A DNA stretch of 32,000 nt, from assembly GCF_025273655.1 (NCBI RefSeq), contig NZ_CP045921.1, forward strand, positions 90,001 to 122,000, read 5' to 3'. Positions 30,861 to 32,000 of the stretch are shown here, one piece after another (position 1 is the stretch's first letter; each line of letters begins with the position of its first letter). The position numbers and the translations under genes were made by a program. Under the pieces are notes generated by a model. The model saw only the letters and a program-made list of their open reading frames with translations, made no database searches and was not told where the DNA came from. This DNA comes from Candidatus Saccharimonadota bacterium (lineage in GTDB: Bacteria > Patescibacteriota > Saccharimonadia > Saccharimonadales > Saccharimonadaceae).

Positions 30861-31466
30861 ATGAACACACGAACTCCGCGTACTACGCATCTCGCCGCCA
30901 CGGCATTGATTGTCGTTGGCGTTATCTGTTCGCCGGTCATTGCATCGGCTGCATCAACCACAGCAAACACGGTCGTAAATGCGTCTGTTGGGGCATCGAT
31001 AGGTATCACGTCGAGCTCGACTGTCGCGCTTTCGCTTACTCCTACGTCGAGTGGCGTGGTGAGTAGTGCGAGCGACACTGTGACAGTAAATACCAACAAC
31101 GCAAGTGGCTATACGTTGACACTCGCAGATGGTGATGCTAATGTTAATCTGACGAGTGGCGGTAACACCATAGGAGCTCACTCGGGTACCCAAGCAAGTC
31201 CGTCTACGCTCAGCACCAACAAATGGGGATATGCTGTAGCGGGAGTCGGTGGATTCGACGCATCGTATTCTGCAGAAGCAAACAGTACGACCAGCAGTTC
31301 GAAATGGGCAGGTATACCCGCTAGCGGTGCACCAATACAGCTCAAAACTACCGCTACTACCGCTACAAATGATACCACTACTGTCTGGTACGGTGTAAAA
31401 GCCACATCTGCTCAGCCAAACGGCACGTACAGTGATACCGTCACCTATACGGCAACAACAAACTAA
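30861..31466 (+). CDS. Secreted Thr/Ser/Ala-rich surface protein, tandem paralog 1
   Basis: Signal peptide 'MNTRTPRTTHLAATALIVVGVICSPVIASA|AST'. The ORF-track start at 30792 is the TTG of the -35 box, so ATG 30861 is preferred. It is about two-thirds identical by eye to the next ORF. Confidence 0.7.
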   Translation: MNTRTPRTTHLAATALIVVGVICSPVIASAASTTANTVVNASVGASIGITSSSTVALSLTPTSSGVVSSASDTVTVNTNNASGYTLTLADGDANVNLTSGGNTIGAHSGTQASPSTLSTNKWGYAVAGVGGFDASYSAEANSTTSSSKWAGIPASGAPIQLKTTATTATNDTTTVWYGVKATSAQPNGTYSDTVTYTATTN

Positions 31467-31487
31467 CATATCCAGGAAAACAGAGGT

Positions 31488-32000
31488 ATGAAAAGAAACA
31501 CCAAAATCACTAGCTTTGTCACAGTAGCCTCATTGGCGGCTGTTGTTGCGTCGCCTATTGTCGCATCGGCCGCATCGACTACGGCAAACACAACCATCAA
31601 TGCATCGGTAGGCAGTGTCATTAGTATGACAACTGGTACCACAGTAGCGCTGAGCCTGACACCTACCGGAAGCGGTGTTGTGACGAGTGCAAGCGACACA
31701 GTAACCGTCAACACCAATAACACAACTGGCTACAACCTGACAGTTGCAGACAGTGACGCGACGACGACCCTCGCGAGTGGCGGCAACACCTTCACCGCAC
31801 ATAGCGGTACTAAGACCGCACCGACTGCTCTCGCCAACAACACATGGGGCTTTGCAGTTGCGACTGGTACGACAGGTATCGGTACCAATGGTTTTGATGC
31901 CTCGTATTCGGCAGAAAGCAACGCTACGTCAAGTGCCACAAAATGGGCAGGTATGCCGGCTACCGGTTCTCCGATGTTGTTGAAGTCTACTACAACAGCA
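31488..32000 (+). CDS. Secreted Thr/Ser/Ala-rich surface protein, tandem paralog 2 (3' end outside the window)
   Basis: It is absent from the ORF track because no stop falls in the window. My translation from ATG 31488: MKRNTKITSFVTVASLAAVVASPIVASA|ASTTANTTINASVGSVISMTTGTTVALSLTPTGSGVVTSASDTVTVNTNNTTGYNLTVADSDATTTLASGGNTFTAHSGT...KWAGMPATGSPMLLKSTTTA. It is collinear with paralog 1. Confidence 0.7.
   Translation, partial: MKRNTKITSFVTVASLAAVVASPIVASAASTTANTTINASVGSVISMTTGTTVALSLTPTGSGVVTSASDTVTVNTNNTTGYNLTVADSDATTTLASGGNTFTAHSGTKTAPTALANNTWGFAVATGTTGIGTNGFDASYSAESNATSSATKWAGMPATGSPMLLKSTTTA

Noticed and set aside
30861-31466. Calling the tandem surface proteins WxL-domain proteins or pilins
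   Set aside because: Only the general layout is similar. The defining WxL motifs, a class III (type IV pilin) signal, LPXTG and isopeptide motifs are all absent. I kept this as an open finding rather than a family assignment.
1-32000. CRISPR arrays, tRNA/rRNA genes, IS elements or integrases, and stop-codon recoding (TGA read-through)
   Set aside because: I saw no spaced direct repeats, no cloverleaf or T-loop (GGTTCGAATC-like) signatures in intergenic DNA, and no transposase or integrase motifs. Recognised genes terminate normally at TAA, TAG and TGA (for example, orn and dnaG end in TGA), so the standard code is in use.

Overview
This is a gene-dense bacterial chromosomal segment of about 50% GC by eye. 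I found no rRNA, tRNA, CRISPR array, transposase or integrase. Most of it is housekeeping, mainly on the + strand: zwf, pyrG, argS, mscL, a DEAH/HrpA-like helicase, msrB, orn, a YjbR/MmcQ-like protein, and a dnaG-rpoD-kinase operon. A tightly overlapped block follows: polA, a SAM methyltransferase, a low-molecular-weight phosphatase and dut, then a HAD hydrolase further on. Tight packing, overlapping starts and stops, and many orphan membrane or secreted proteins suggest a small-genome lineage. My unverified guess is Patescibacteria/Saccharibacteria-like. Regions worth a second look: (1) 397-4068, a secreted hydrolase (PD40-like, SGNH, Ig-like and TSP3 domains) followed by three tandem small 3-TM proteins. 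(2) 4213-6487, an island of five orphan small proteins. (3) A DnaG whose zinc ribbon has lost all four Zn ligands. (4) A recurring '-10 box, 6-8 nt, ATG' layout implying widespread leaderless mRNAs, with a TGcTAnAAT extended -10 consensus. (5) A perfect consensus promoter driving only a 61-codon ORF upstream of argS. (6) A GC-rich orphan with a PD-(D/E)xK-like motif after dut. (7) Tandem paralogous secreted Thr/Ser-rich proteins at the 3' edge; the second runs out of the window. All product calls come from motifs read by eye; no searches were run.
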